Program-made: the position numbers and the translations under genes | Part shown: positions 1 to 10,398 of the stretch, piece after piece | How the letters are laid out: each line of letters begins with the position of its first letter | Position numbering within the stretch: position 1 is the stretch's first letter | Notes under the pieces: model-generated | What the model saw: only the letters and a program-made list of their open reading frames with translations | The model's database searches: none | Told to the model about the DNA's origin: nothing | Assembly: GCA_965214835.1 (NCBI GenBank) | Contig: CBDCCK010000002.1 | Span: 2,368,001-2,432,000, forward strand | Length of the DNA stretch: 64,000 nucleotides | Origin: Nitrosopumilaceae archaeon | Lineage (GTDB): Archaea > Thermoproteota > Nitrososphaeria > Nitrososphaerales > Nitrosopumilaceae | Direction: 5' to 3'

Positions 1-65
1 GAATGGATGGTTTACTACATGCGTGTCAAAGTGGAGGCTGCAGCAAGCCCGTCATGGTTGAGGCG

Positions 66-1073
66 TCAAGAACAATCCAAGGGGGGGCGGCCTAGCACAT
101 TTTGCCTGCCGCCTTTGACGATTAGTCCAGTCGTTAGCTTGACTCCATTCCAGCTTGAGCGTTCGGGATTCCATCCGATGGATCTTATCTTTTCTGTATC
201 GAGCATCATGTTTTTCACATCACCACTCCATCCCCTGCCGCCGTCAACTCCGCCCGTATAGTTGATCTTGGTCTTTTTTAGATTCATTTCGTCCAAGACC
301 AGGCTTGCAATGCTTTTTACCCTGATCCTGTCGTCTGATCCCACATTAAAGACCTCGACCTTTTTTCGGGCTTTCTTCAAAGCAAGATGCATTGCCGAGA
401 TGCAGTCATCCACATACAGATACGATTTGCTCTGTTCCCCGTCCCCCAGTACATCAAGGGAGGAGGGATCACTTTGTAATTTCCTGACAAAGTCAAATAT
501 TATCCCGTGCGTGCTGTTCGGCCCAATTATGTTTGCCAACCTGAAGATAACCGCTTTAAAACCAAACATGTGGGCATAGGAGCTTATCAATGCCTCACAG
601 GCCAATTTCGAGGATCCGTAGGTTGAGATTGGCTCCAGCGGGGAGTAGTTCTCAGGAGTTGGAATCTGGCTGGCTTCGCCGTAAACTGTGGAGGTGGATG
701 CAAAAGCCAGTATCTTGGGCTTTGCGTTTTTTAGCTTTTCAAGAAGATTAAAAGTTGCTGTAATGTTTTGGTTAAAATGATCTACTGGTCTTGATCTGGA
801 TGGGTTCACTTCTGGGTGTGCAGCCAAGTGGTAAACTGCATCATACCGTGGCAGCATCCCAAGCGACACTGCATCCAGCAGATCGGCCTTGAAAAATCTA
901 AATTCTCGGCTCCTGCCCCATACTTTCAAGAGGCCCCTGTCGGCAGTCTTGTCAAGTACATGGGTTTCTTTTCCCTCCGAGATTAATTTGTCAACTAGTG
1001 ACCTCCCAATGAATCCCATGCCGCCTGTAACTAGCACGGTTTTTATTCCATCCTGCATCATAGCCTCTGTCAT
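66..1073 (-). CDS. NAD-dependent epimerase/dehydratase (UDP-glucose 4-epimerase-like extended SDR)
   Basis: TGGMGFIG Rossmann motif, STSTVYG, YGSSK catalytic YxxxK. Likely start is ATG 1073 or 1061, not the ORF-track start at 1205. Confidence 0.92.
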   Translation of the reverse strand: MTEAMMQDGIKTVLVTGGMGFIGRSLVDKLISEGKETHVLDKTADRGLLKVWGRSREFRFFKADLLDAVSLGMLPRYDAVYHLAAHPEVNPSRSRPVDHFNQNITATFNLLEKLKNAKPKILAFASTSTVYGEASQIPTPENYSPLEPISTYGSSKLACEALISSYAHMFGFKAVIFRLANIIGPNSTHGIIFDFVRKLQSDPSSLDVLGDGEQSKSYLYVDDCISAMHLALKKARKKVEVFNVGSDDRIRVKSIASLVLDEMNLKKTKINYTGGVDGGRGWSGDVKNMMLDTEKIRSIGWNPERSSWNGVKLTTGLIVKGGRQNVLGRPPLDCS

Positions 1074-1133
1074 ATTCTGAACGCCCCGGGGGGGTGTGTA
1101 ACTAGCACGGTTTTTATTCCATCCTGCATCATA
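1026..1133. repeat. 37-bp perfect direct duplication flanking a unique 34-bp insert
   Basis: TGTAACTAGCACGGTTTTTATTCCATCCTGCATCATA at 1026-1062 and 1097-1133. Confidence 0.95.
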
Positions 1134-1184
1134 TGACTGCCTCCGTTTACACTCATTAAGTTTAGGATGCATGCAGTTCTGACT

Positions 1185-1313
1185 GGGGTTGTCGCCTAAT
1201 TCCACTTGTTTGACTCAACCTGCACGTTTTTCTGAATTTCCGCCCTTTTGCACGCCTGATCCACTGGCATCACAGCGGTTTTCAGGAATTCTGGCGAATT
1301 AGGCGACAACCCC
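1185..1313. mobile_element. MITE family M1 (129 bp), shares ends with the IS at 11551-14486
   Basis: TIR GGGGTTGTCGCCTAATTC...GAATTAGGCGACAACCCC; 9-bp TSD GTTCTGACT at 1176-1184 and 1314-1322. Confidence 0.92.
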
Positions 1314-1395
1314 GTTCTGACTGTGACCATGCAGCAAGCTTCAACCCGGATCGGAGGCTTTTTGATCCGTGTCATTATGGACTCCCTGTCAACCA

Positions 1396-1475
1396 TAGCT
1401 TGTTGCATAACCGTGTCTGAACGTGCAAAAACACCCAATCTTTTGTACTTAAAATCAGGGTTATGCAGCAAACTA
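1396..1475. mobile_element. MITE family M2 (~80 bp)
   Basis: Imperfect TIR TAGCTTGTTGCATAACC...GGTTATGCAGCAAACTA; related copies at 31030-31109, 55919-55997 and a half copy at 40266-40305. Confidence 0.75.
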
Positions 1476-1642
1476 GTCCGTCGGGATTGGTCTCTGCCTT
1501 ACGTGCGTCCTCGATGTCTCGCAGCAATTTACGCACGAATTCTTGGGTTGAACTTGTCTAGTCGCCGTAAGGCACGCAAGATGCGTCTGGTGAACCATCC
1601 TCCGGCGGTTCCTGCCGTCATGTAGGCCCCCTCGGACGTGTT

Positions 1643-1780
1643 GAGAGTTGATTCGAAATTAGCAAATTCTGACTATTTGAGAACGAGTCTGCATGAAACA
1701 GCTCAAAATATCAGCAGAATAAAGTTACCTGTGAAATCACTTGGGAAATTCGCACGGCTACCAATTTCGGCTCACCTCTC
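1643..1780. mobile_element. MITE family M3 (~138 bp), ends resemble the IS5-like element at 20575
   Basis: GAGAGTTGATTCGAAATT...AATTTCGGCTCACCTCTC imperfect TIR; homologous left part at 3167-3262. Confidence 0.65.
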
Positions 1781-2025
1781 TGGTGCCCGGCTCGTGTACT
1801 ATACCTTGCGGGCCATGTCCGGCTTCATACCTTGGAATCTTGGTTTTATCAATGACTATCATCTGGAATCTGCCTATCAGGACGCACCGAGTCCCTGACG
1901 TTCTACCGGATGTCTTGAAGTCTTTTGAAAGATACCCGGAGTTTGAGGAGATGTCCGTGCTCCCTTGGTGATCTCAGAGGATCTCCTGGTTGGATTTGCA
2001 CTGCGCACGGACACCGCCCCGCGCA

Positions 2026-3140
2026 TCAGTCCGGACGCCCTTTCCTACTGCATACGTCCCTTATGTATCGGCTCAGCTGCCTGCCCGACTGATCAACTGA
2101 CAGCTTTTCAAGATAGTGCCGCCGCCCCTGAATGGCCACGCGCCTCCGGAGGTCGTCGTCGTCCCTCAGCTGCAGGATGCACCGGGCCAGCTCCTCGGGT
2201 GAGTCTGACTGCACCAGCATGCAGTTTTTCTTGTCGACCAGGCCTGCCTCGCGCGTCGTGGGCGTGTCTATGGTGACCAGAGGCTTGGCCGATGACAGGG
2301 TCTGGTTGATCTTGTTGGCCATGGATCCCTTGCACTTGTCGCTTGTGCCAAACAGTCCCAGACACACGTCGCTGTCCTTTATCTGCTGTACGAGTGACAG
2401 AGTAGGAAGCATTCCACGAAATCTTACGTTGGAAAGGCCGGCCTCCTCGGCGTACCGCCTTACTTTGGGCTCGTCCTGGCCGCCGCCGCAGAAGACAAAC
2501 GTTATGTCCTTTTCGCCACGCAGGCGGCCGGCTGCCTCCACTATGACCTTGGTGCCGTACGTGGGAATGAACCCTCCAAAATACAGCACGACGAACTCGT
2601 CCGTCCTCTCCTTGAACGGAATCGGTTTAAAGAGCGGCTCGTATGCGGCAGGCCAGAACCGGCGGAACTTCTCCCTCGGCAGGCCGAACTCCCTGACAAA
2701 GTAGTCGATCTGAAAGGTACTCTCCGTTATTACCAGATCCGAGCACCTGTAGGCGGTTTTTTCTGCAAAGCGGAGGATCCTGGCTTTCAGTGAGTTTTTG
2801 GGAATCTCTTTCCGGACGGTCACAAACGTGTCGTAGATCGAAAAGGGAAAGAAACACACTATTGGCCCTTTGGAAATCAGTCTGGCAAAGGGAGAACTGA
2901 CTAGTCCCCCCCCCACTTCATCGGGATTATCATTACGTCATAATCGATCTTCCTGTGCCTTAGAAACAGCCGGATGTACACCTTGACAATCGAGGAGTTG
3001 AGTGGGACTTCATGGCACTCTACAGTTTCAAAACCCTGTGATTTGAGGATGTACTTTAGCAGATCTCCGGTACTGCCAGATGGAATGCCTCTGGTCGATT
3101 TGACGTAGGAGCCAAAGAGACACACCCTCATGAGTGGCAC
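2026..3140 (-). pseudogene. GT4-family glycosyltransferase, frameshifted at a G9 tract
   Basis: N-part 3140-2901 (MRVCLFGSY) and C-part 2916-2026 (YFGGFIPTYG, GT-B C-terminal motifs) meet at C9 2906-2914. Confidence 0.85.
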
Positions 3141-3166
3141 AACATCAGATCCTATTTAAACCTCCA

Positions 3167-3262
3167 GAGAGTTGATTCGAAGTTGGCAGATTCTGATTAT
3201 TTGTGAACGAATTTGCATGACAGCCCAAAAACATCAACAAAATACAAGTTATCTATGAAATT
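3167..3262. mobile_element. MITE family M3, left part, interrupted by IS630
   Basis: Similar to 1643-1740; ends at the TA of the IS630 insertion. Confidence 0.6.
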
Positions 3263-3336
3263 ATAGCAACGAGCAGAAGTCTTTGAGCCAAAACAGGGTT
3301 CATTCGAAAGGTATGACGATCGCGTAACCGGCAAGC

Positions 3337-4481
3337 ATGGCAAAAGAAACAGACGGCCTGTCAGAGGCCATGCGCAAAGAAAAGGATGTCAAAGTCTACA
3401 AAAAGATCATGGCGCTGGTGTTTGTGCCAGAGGACGACATAGGCGTGCCCGAGACCGCAAAAGGGGTCCGGTGCAGCGAGAATTCCGTGCGCAGCCGGCT
3501 GGCGAGGTTTTCGGAGGACGGCATGGACGGCCTCCGGGATCTTCCCCGTTCCGGATGCAGGCCAAAGGTGGACAGAAAAAGGATTGCCGCCATAATGAAC
3601 CTGTCCATTGAATACAGCAGTACCGACGTCATGACGGTGCGCGATGACACAAGGGATGCCGCCTAGACAGAATACAGCACAGGACATGTCCGAAGACTGA
3701 TGCGCCAGTACGGCCTGTCGCGCCGCAAGGTGCAAAACGTACATGCCAGCCATGCCACCCCAAGCTCGGTATACTCATGGCAGCGGTATCTTGAAAACGT
3801 GCGTATTCCGTGCCTGAAAAACGACGGTTTTACGCTGGTGTCATCTGATGAGGCATTTTTCGTGCAGGGTGCATACGACAGATACGTATGGGGTCCGGTC
3901 GGCACCAGAAGCGTGGCATCGTATTCGGGGGACCACACAAAGGTGGCCGTGTTTGGAAGCATCGCAGAAGACGGCAGAAGGCTGTTCAGGACGTTTACGG
4001 GATCGTTTAGGTCAGTGCAGTTCATACAATGTCTGGAGGCGTTGCGCGCCAAGTTTGGCAAGGTTGCCGTCTTTTGCGACAGGTGGAGTGTGCACAGATC
4101 TATTGACGTCGCAGAATATCTGGCAGGTCATCCCGACATCAGGCTGATAATGATCCCGAAAGGATCGCCGTACCTCAATATCGTGGAAGAATGCTGGAAC
4201 CTGGGCAAGCCTGTCGTTTTCAGGGGGATAGTGTACAGAAGGATCAGCAAGCTGCGGCATGCCATATCCGAATATTACAGGACGGTGTCGTTTGCCCACC
4301 TTTGCATGTCAGTCTTCCCAAAAGTAACCGATTTGTGGCGGTTCAGGAGGTGGCAAGCGGGTATGCAGGCAGTCCGTTTGAATTATTTCGAGCCCGGGAT
4401 AATTTGACGTGGTACTTCTGGGAAGACTGCATGTACAAGTACATTTACAGATCGCCGGTCAAGGCCCTCAATTACTTGTGA
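3337..4481 (+). pseudogene. IS630 transposase pseudogene
   Basis: HTH (DLPRSG) in 3337-3666; in-frame TAG at 3664-3666; DDE motifs SDE, CDRWSVH, PKGSPYLNIVE; C-terminus interrupted by the MITE at 4310-4429. Confidence 0.85.
4310..4429. mobile_element. MITE family M4 (ISH3-type ends, 120 bp)
   Basis: TIR CAGTCTTCCCAAAAGTA...TACTTCTGGGAAGACTG; 5-bp TSD CATGT; removal restores the frame FAHLCMYKYIYRSPVKALNYL*. Confidence 0.92.
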
Positions 4482-5872
4482 CCGTTGCTATACGAACAAA
4501 TTCATCTCATTCAGGTGGATTGCGCATAAAGTCTAATGAGCTAACTATGTGCCACCTACGCCCAAGGAGTCCGATAGGCCATCCTCAAACCCAAGGTGCA
4601 CTAGGAGTGCCCCGTCATAGTCTCCCATACAAGTATGTTCGACGGCGGTTTCTGTGTCTTCGTCGGCCAGTACAGCCATCTCCACATGGCACTCGTGAGC
4701 GGCCGACACGTAGCTGGCAGGCAGCAGTGCCGAATATATCATGACATCATCCAGTACGGTGTCCTGCGCAGGCCCGCCGCCGATGCTGTTGGCGTCTATC
4801 TTAAGCAGATACTCGTTTGCAGCGTATTCTGACAGTAACATGACATGCTTGCCCCGCCTGTCGATCTGTCCGTCCACGTACACGTCGAGTCCGCCGCTGC
4901 TCCCGGAGCCGTCATAGGTGAACACGACGTGGTGCCAGCGGCCGTCGGCCACGCTGGAGAACGTACTGGTGCCTATCTGATCCTGCGCGTTGTCAGTCAT
5001 CATGAGTGAGATCCCGCCGCCGGGGCGGTTCCACACGGTGATACCTTGATGCATGTCCGCATCGTCCTTTGATATGATCGACGAGTCCGGGTCTCCCAGA
5101 CCCGTATTTTTGATCCAGAACGCAATGCTGAACGGATCGTCCACGCCAAGATCGAGGACTGGCGCAGTGGCAAGTGTGATATGTGCAGTATCATCAAGAT
5201 CCAGTGCTCGGCCGGCCGGGCCATACGTGGATAAGGAGGCCCACCCGGGAGGGTTCCATTCCCTTACCTCCACACTGCGATCGACATGCGGGATGACTAC
5301 TGATGGTATCAGTATGTCCGGTTTGGGGGCGTTCTCAAACTCGGCCACCCTGTTGCCGCCGTTGTATATCTCCGAATACCGTCGTATCCAATCCGTTTCT
5401 AGAGACGCTGTCGCATTGTCGCCGCCGCGACTGGTCTCCATCTTGTTCATCTGCCTGTGGTTTCTGTCATTATAATCTACTATTACGATCTTTTTGGTTT
5501 TTTGCGGTTGTGCGGTATGTTTGCCAAAGAAGTCATATACAACCATGCCAGAATCGGTAAGATTGTAGGCCTGCGGCAGCCACGATTCGTGAAACTGTAA
5601 CATGATTATTCCCGCCTCAGAGTCCGCATAGTTTTGCAGCGTAAAGGATACTGCTTCAGAGTACACGGATGTCACGTCCCAGTGCACAAGCACGCCCGAC
5701 GTGGACAGGCCGAGTGCCGCGATCACAAGCACAGCAGCCAGCAGCAGTGTGCGCTGCCCGCTTGAACCCAACCGTCCCGCGGATGCCCTTTCGATTCCGC
5801 TGCCGATCAGTGCGGCGGCGGCAATGCACATCGCAGTCCACAGCATTCCTAGGTGGGAGTACGATACGTATC

Positions 5873-7628
5873 GTAATAGGTTAGCCCCTGCCTAGTTGAT
5901 TTTTTCTGACCACCTGATCTATAAACTATCATTACCCGGGAAATACATGCCTACAGCCTCGGAATTCAAGGAACTATGCAATGAGCTTGCCCGCGAAAAA
6001 GCGGAACTTCAGAAGGAGCAGAAGGAACATCAGAGGACGCAAGGCAAGCTTCAGAAGGAGCAGAAGGAACATCAGAGGACGCAAGGCAAGCTTCAGAAGG
6101 AGCAGAAGGAACATCAGAGGACGCAAGGCAAGCTTCAGAAGGAGCAGAAGGAACATCAGAGGACACGGGAGGAGCTTGCCGCTGAGAAGGCGGGACGCAA
6201 ATCTGACAATGCCGTCTCTGCCGCGCAAATCGCGACGCAGACAGCACAAATCAAGCAGTTCAAACAACGCATCACATATTATGAGAACCCGCACAGCCCC
6301 TCCTCGCAGAACTCGATTCCGACCAGGCAGAAAAAGGCAGCAGCCGCGGCAGGGGCATCTGGAAGGGCACCTACAAGGCCGGGCCGCAGGCCCGGACACG
6401 AGGGCATATCACACAGGAGAACACCGACCCGGGAAATGAACCACGTGCCTGACATGTGCGGCGCGTGCAACGGGCGCGACCTGACAGATCCGGTTCCCGC
6501 CGGAACTAGGATGGCTACTGACATTCCAGAGATCCCAGAGCCGGTCACGACACAGCACTACTTTACCCGCCGCAAGTGCCGCAAGTGCGGCGCCATCACC
6601 ACGACAAACGGGGGCGGGCTGGTCGTTCCGGGCACCGAGTTTGGACCCAACATTGCCTCCTATATCGGCACCCTGTACACCATGCCGGCATCCGTCGGCT
6701 CGATCAGGCGCATCGTAAAGGAGATCTTTAAAATTGATGTAAGCAAGGCGATGATACAGAACTGCCTCAAGACCGTTACAAAGAAGCTTGATCCGTGCGT
6801 GGAGGACATCAAAAAAGACATTGCAGGATGCGACCACGTCCACATGGACGAGACGGGGATGCCATACGACGGCAAGAGCGGCTACATGTGGGTGGCAGTG
6901 GGCGTCAAGGACGGCAATGCCGTCGGCGCGCACATGGTGGCAACTGACAGCAGGAGGGCATCCGTACTGGATGAGCACTTTTCATACGTGCCCAGAGTCG
7001 GGGTGACTGACGGATACCCCGGATACGACAAGTTCTTTGGCAGGAACAGGCAGCGGTGCTGGGCCCACATAATCCGGGAGGCAGACGCCCAAAGCGAGAA
7101 AACGGACTCCCCGGAGGTTCGCGCCGCAGGCGAGCGCCTCAAGTGGCAGATGCATTGCGCCAAGGGGCCGGGGCCGCCGGAGGAGGCTGCCAGGCAGCAC
7201 GACAGTCGGGTGGCAGAAACACGCGAGATTGCCGCCACATACAGGAAGGAAGGATGTGACAGCTGTGCCACAAAGATTGACAACGCCTCGGAGTTTCTCT
7301 ACACGTTTACGACGCGTCCTGGGATGGATCCCACCAACAACCTGGCAGAGCGCACGCTGAGGCCCGGCGTGATCGCGCGCAAGATACGGTTCGGACTGCG
7401 GACAAAAGACGGACAGAAGATGTTCGGTAACATGTTGACGTGCATCGAGACATGGCGCCTCCGGGGGTGCAACGTTACGGACATGATCAGGGACGCGCTG
7501 GTCAGAAACCCCGGGTACGTGGTCGTCTGCCCCTAGCAATCCTGCACTAATCTGCCTGCAGTTGTGATTTTCATGCCTGAAAAGACGGTGGGTGTGACTT
7601 TAACTCTAGGCAGGGGCTAACCTATTAC
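5873..7628 (+). mobile_element. IS66-family single-ORF (ISBst12-like) element, type A, copy 1
   Basis: Perfect TIR GTAATAGGTTAGCCCCTGCCTAG; 8-bp TSD TACGTATC. Confidence 0.95.
5896..7536 (+). CDS. IS66-family transposase (intact; probable ATG at 5947)
   Basis: Coiled coil, CxxC zinc motifs, HMDETG, TDGY, QRCWAH, PTNNLAERTLR. Confidence 0.93.
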   Translation: MIFSDHLIYKLSLPGKYMPTASEFKELCNELAREKAELQKEQKEHQRTQGKLQKEQKEHQRTQGKLQKEQKEHQRTQGKLQKEQKEHQRTREELAAEKAGRKSDNAVSAAQIATQTAQIKQFKQRITYYENPHSPSSQNSIPTRQKKAAAAAGASGRAPTRPGRRPGHEGISHRRTPTREMNHVPDMCGACNGRDLTDPVPAGTRMATDIPEIPEPVTTQHYFTRRKCRKCGAITTTNGGGLVVPGTEFGPNIASYIGTLYTMPASVGSIRRIVKEIFKIDVSKAMIQNCLKTVTKKLDPCVEDIKKDIAGCDHVHMDETGMPYDGKSGYMWVAVGVKDGNAVGAHMVATDSRRASVLDEHFSYVPRVGVTDGYPGYDKFFGRNRQRCWAHIIREADAQSEKTDSPEVRAAGERLKWQMHCAKGPGPPEEAARQHDSRVAETREIAATYRKEGCDSCATKIDNASEFLYTFTTRPGMDPTNNLAERTLRPGVIARKIRFGLRTKDGQKMFGNMLTCIETWRLRGCNVTDMIRDALVRNPGYVVVCP

Positions 7629-8751
7629 TACGTATCCTATTGATCCGAAGAACAATGAGACAGGTACAAACCACAGCACAAGAAATCTGTTGCGCACGGC
7701 CAGCGCAAAAGCGAGCCCTGCCGTACCCAGCGACACCATGACAGGATCTGTCGCGAACACCTGCACCACGGCCCACAGCATGATCGCAGGATGTGTCAAT
7801 ATGTCAGGATCCTGGTCTTGGTGCAGGGCCACCTGCGTGTGCATCTGCATCTCGTTCAGCATGCTTTGACCGTCCCTGTCGGCCTGCCACAGGACGCCGT
7901 TTACCCATCCATCAAAGTCACCTGTCAGCGCAGCAGCCGCGGGCCATGCTGCCGCAATAATGATTACAGACGCAAGCCACAACAGCAGCATCCGCCCCGG
8001 CCTCCTACCGATCGACCATACCAAGGCGAGGACTAGTGGGATCATGACAAGCGAGGGGATCTTGACAAGCATGGCACATCCCATGCAGGCGCCAGATAGA
8101 AGAACCATCAAGCGCGTCTTGTCTGGGGTCTGCGGTAGCAGCTCCCCCCCTCCCCTCCTCACTTGGAACGGGCCGCGTGCGTACATTGCAAGCAGAACGG
8201 AAGACAGGACAAACGGAAGGAAAATCGAGTCCAGCAGAACCAGCCTGAGCGTCAGCGATAAGGGCATTGTCGCAAACAGGACAGCTGCGATCGGCGCGGC
8301 CCTGCGCCCGAATCCCCTCTCGGCTATCTTGTATATCAAAAAGGTGTCCAGAACTGCAAGCAGGCCCATGAGGATGCGCGGTGCCCCATATAGCATCCCA
8401 AGCGAGGACGTATCCTCCGGTGTGACAAAGGAGTCTGGGTACCCTGTGGCATGAAAGAATCCTGCCAGTATCGTCCAGCCAAGGAAAGGGTGGTCGTGCT
8501 TGTCTACCAGCATCTTGTGATGATCCAGGACGTCCAGGGCCCGGTCTATGTAGACTCCCTCATCTATTTCCCACTGTGGAAATCCTGCAGGGTTCCACAG
8601 GTGCGTATACGCAGAAAGCGACAGTATGACTGCAAGCAGGAGGAGATGCTCGTGTCCTGACAGACAGCCTGTGCGAAAAATGGCATGTCTGAGGCCAAGC
8701 ATGGCTTGTCCTCTGCCATTTGACCAAATAACGGTTTGGTACGAGGTCACC

Positions 8752-10373
8752 GTAAGAGTTTACCCCTCATCCGTATAATTTAGATTGAGCACAAGGCCAA
8801 TTTTTGATCACCATCTGGATCCATATGCATCCAGATCACACCTGTATTCATTGCCTGATTCAGAGACCAAGATACTACGCGACGAGTTGGCCCGCACCAT
8901 AGCCGAATTAGGCAGGAAGGACAGGATCATCGCAGACAAGGATCAGACGATAACCATGCTTGTCGAACAGATGGCCGAGTCCTCGGTGACAATCGTGATG
9001 CAGGCATCACAGATCAGCTGGTACAGGCAAAAGGGACCAGAGGGGGTAGCAGCATCTGAGGCGCAGACTGCCGAACTGAAAGCAGAAAACCAGCAGCTCA
9101 GACAGCACATCAAATATTACGAAAACCCGCACACCCCATCCTCGCAGAACTCGATTCCGACCAAGCAGAAAAAGACTGCTGCTGCAAAGGCATCAGGCAA
9201 CGTACCGGCATCTGCAAAGGCAAAGCCGGGCCGCAGGCAGGGACACGAGGGGATATCACACAAGAGAATGCCGACCGAATTTGTAAAGCACTGCCCCAAA
9301 AAGTGCGGCAAGTGCGGCAGCACCAACATGAAGAAGCCGAAAAAGATCTTCTCCAAACTTGTGACCGATACCCCCAGGAGGCCCGAGCCGGTCACGACAC
9401 AGCACACCGCATACAGGCGCAAATGCGCCGACTGCGGCAACATGTGCATCGAAGACGACAGGTCATGGAACGTGCCGGGAACCGAGTTTGGACCAAACAT
9501 CACGGGGATGATGGCCGCAATACGCGTGGCACCTGCCTCCATACAGGCCACGGCCACACTGTGCTCAGAAATCCTGGGCATGGACGTCTCAGAGGCAGGC
9601 GTGCTGCAGTGCCTGAGGGCCGGTGCCAATGCGATAAAGCCCAGCGTAGAGGGCATCAAGCAGGCCATCAAGGATTCTGATTATCTGCATATTGACGAGA
9701 CTGCCATGCCATACAACGGCAGGACGGCCCGCATATGGGTAATAGTAGGCAGGAACAAGGACGGCACCACAACCGGCGTCCACACGCTGGCCGCACCCAG
9801 TAGAGGCAGGGCCGTAGTTGACATGAACTTTCCGTATTATGACAAACCGGTCACAGTCGACGGGTACGGCGTATACGCCGCATTCAAGACCAGGCAGTGG
9901 TGCTGGGCCCACATACTCCGGGAGGCCAGGGAGGCCTGCAAGGCTTCTAGGCAGGCCCACGCGCTGTATGTGGCCCTTAAGAAAAAGTTCATCCATGCCA
10001 AGGGGCTGGGGCCGCCGGAGGAGGGCGCCGCCCGGCACGACATGCTGGTGGCAGAAACGCGCGGGCTGGCCGAGGCATTCGGCATGGAGGCCGGATGCGA
10101 GAGCTTTGCCACAAAGCTTGGGAACGCCTCGGAATACTTGTACACGTTCACATTGCATCCTGGCATGGAGCCCACCAACAACCTGGCCGAGCGCATGCTG
10201 AGGCCGTCCGTAATTGCGCGCAAGGTATTCCAGGGACTCCGTACCATGGAAGGCATGGAGATGTTCACCGTATTGATGACGTGCGCGATGAACTGGCGCG
10301 CCCGGGGGTGCGGCGTGAGGGAAATGCTCGTCAAGACCATGACAGGAAACGTCGCCTGAGGGCAAACTCTTAC
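8752..10373 (+). mobile_element. IS66-family single-ORF element, type B
   Basis: TIR GTAAGAGTTT(A/G)CCC...; flanks AGGTCACC and AGCTGATA do not match (no TSD). Confidence 0.9.
8785..10359 (+). CDS. IS66-family transposase
   Basis: HIDET, VDGY, CWAH, PTNNLAERMLR; diverged paralogue of type A. Confidence 0.92.
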   Translation: MSTRPIFDHHLDPYASRSHLYSLPDSETKILRDELARTIAELGRKDRIIADKDQTITMLVEQMAESSVTIVMQASQISWYRQKGPEGVAASEAQTAELKAENQQLRQHIKYYENPHTPSSQNSIPTKQKKTAAAKASGNVPASAKAKPGRRQGHEGISHKRMPTEFVKHCPKKCGKCGSTNMKKPKKIFSKLVTDTPRRPEPVTTQHTAYRRKCADCGNMCIEDDRSWNVPGTEFGPNITGMMAAIRVAPASIQATATLCSEILGMDVSEAGVLQCLRAGANAIKPSVEGIKQAIKDSDYLHIDETAMPYNGRTARIWVIVGRNKDGTTTGVHTLAAPSRGRAVVDMNFPYYDKPVTVDGYGVYAAFKTRQWCWAHILREAREACKASRQAHALYVALKKKFIHAKGLGPPEEGAARHDMLVAETRGLAEAFGMEAGCESFATKLGNASEYLYTFTLHPGMEPTNNLAERMLRPSVIARKVFQGLRTMEGMEMFTVLMTCAMNWRARGCGVREMLVKTMTGNVA

Positions 10374-10398
10374 AGCTGATAACTCGCATACGTTTTTT

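Larger units (their letters stand above)
3264..4490 (+). mobile_element. IS630-family element (defective)
   Basis: TIR TAGCAACG...CGTTGCTA with TA duplication on both sides; encodes HTH + DDE transposase. Confidence 0.88.
4545..8750 (-). pseudogene. GT-C (PMT/ArnT-like, GT39-type) membrane glycosyltransferase fused to a C-terminal LamG/ConA-like domain, split by IS66
   Basis: DEGVY, DHPFLG, LLDS, KIP motifs and TM helices in 7617-8750; FSIAFWIK, DGRWHHVVFTYDG, LDDVMIY LamG motifs in 4545-5846; joins in frame (GYV|SYSHLGMLW) after IS removal, about 813 aa. Confidence 0.85.

Noticed and set aside
1074-1205. N-terminal extension of the epimerase ORF
   Set aside because: Runs through the duplication and a MITE end; not protein-like.
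6007-6165. CRISPR-like periodic repeats in the IS66 copies
   Set aside because: Contiguous in-frame tandem units without spacers.
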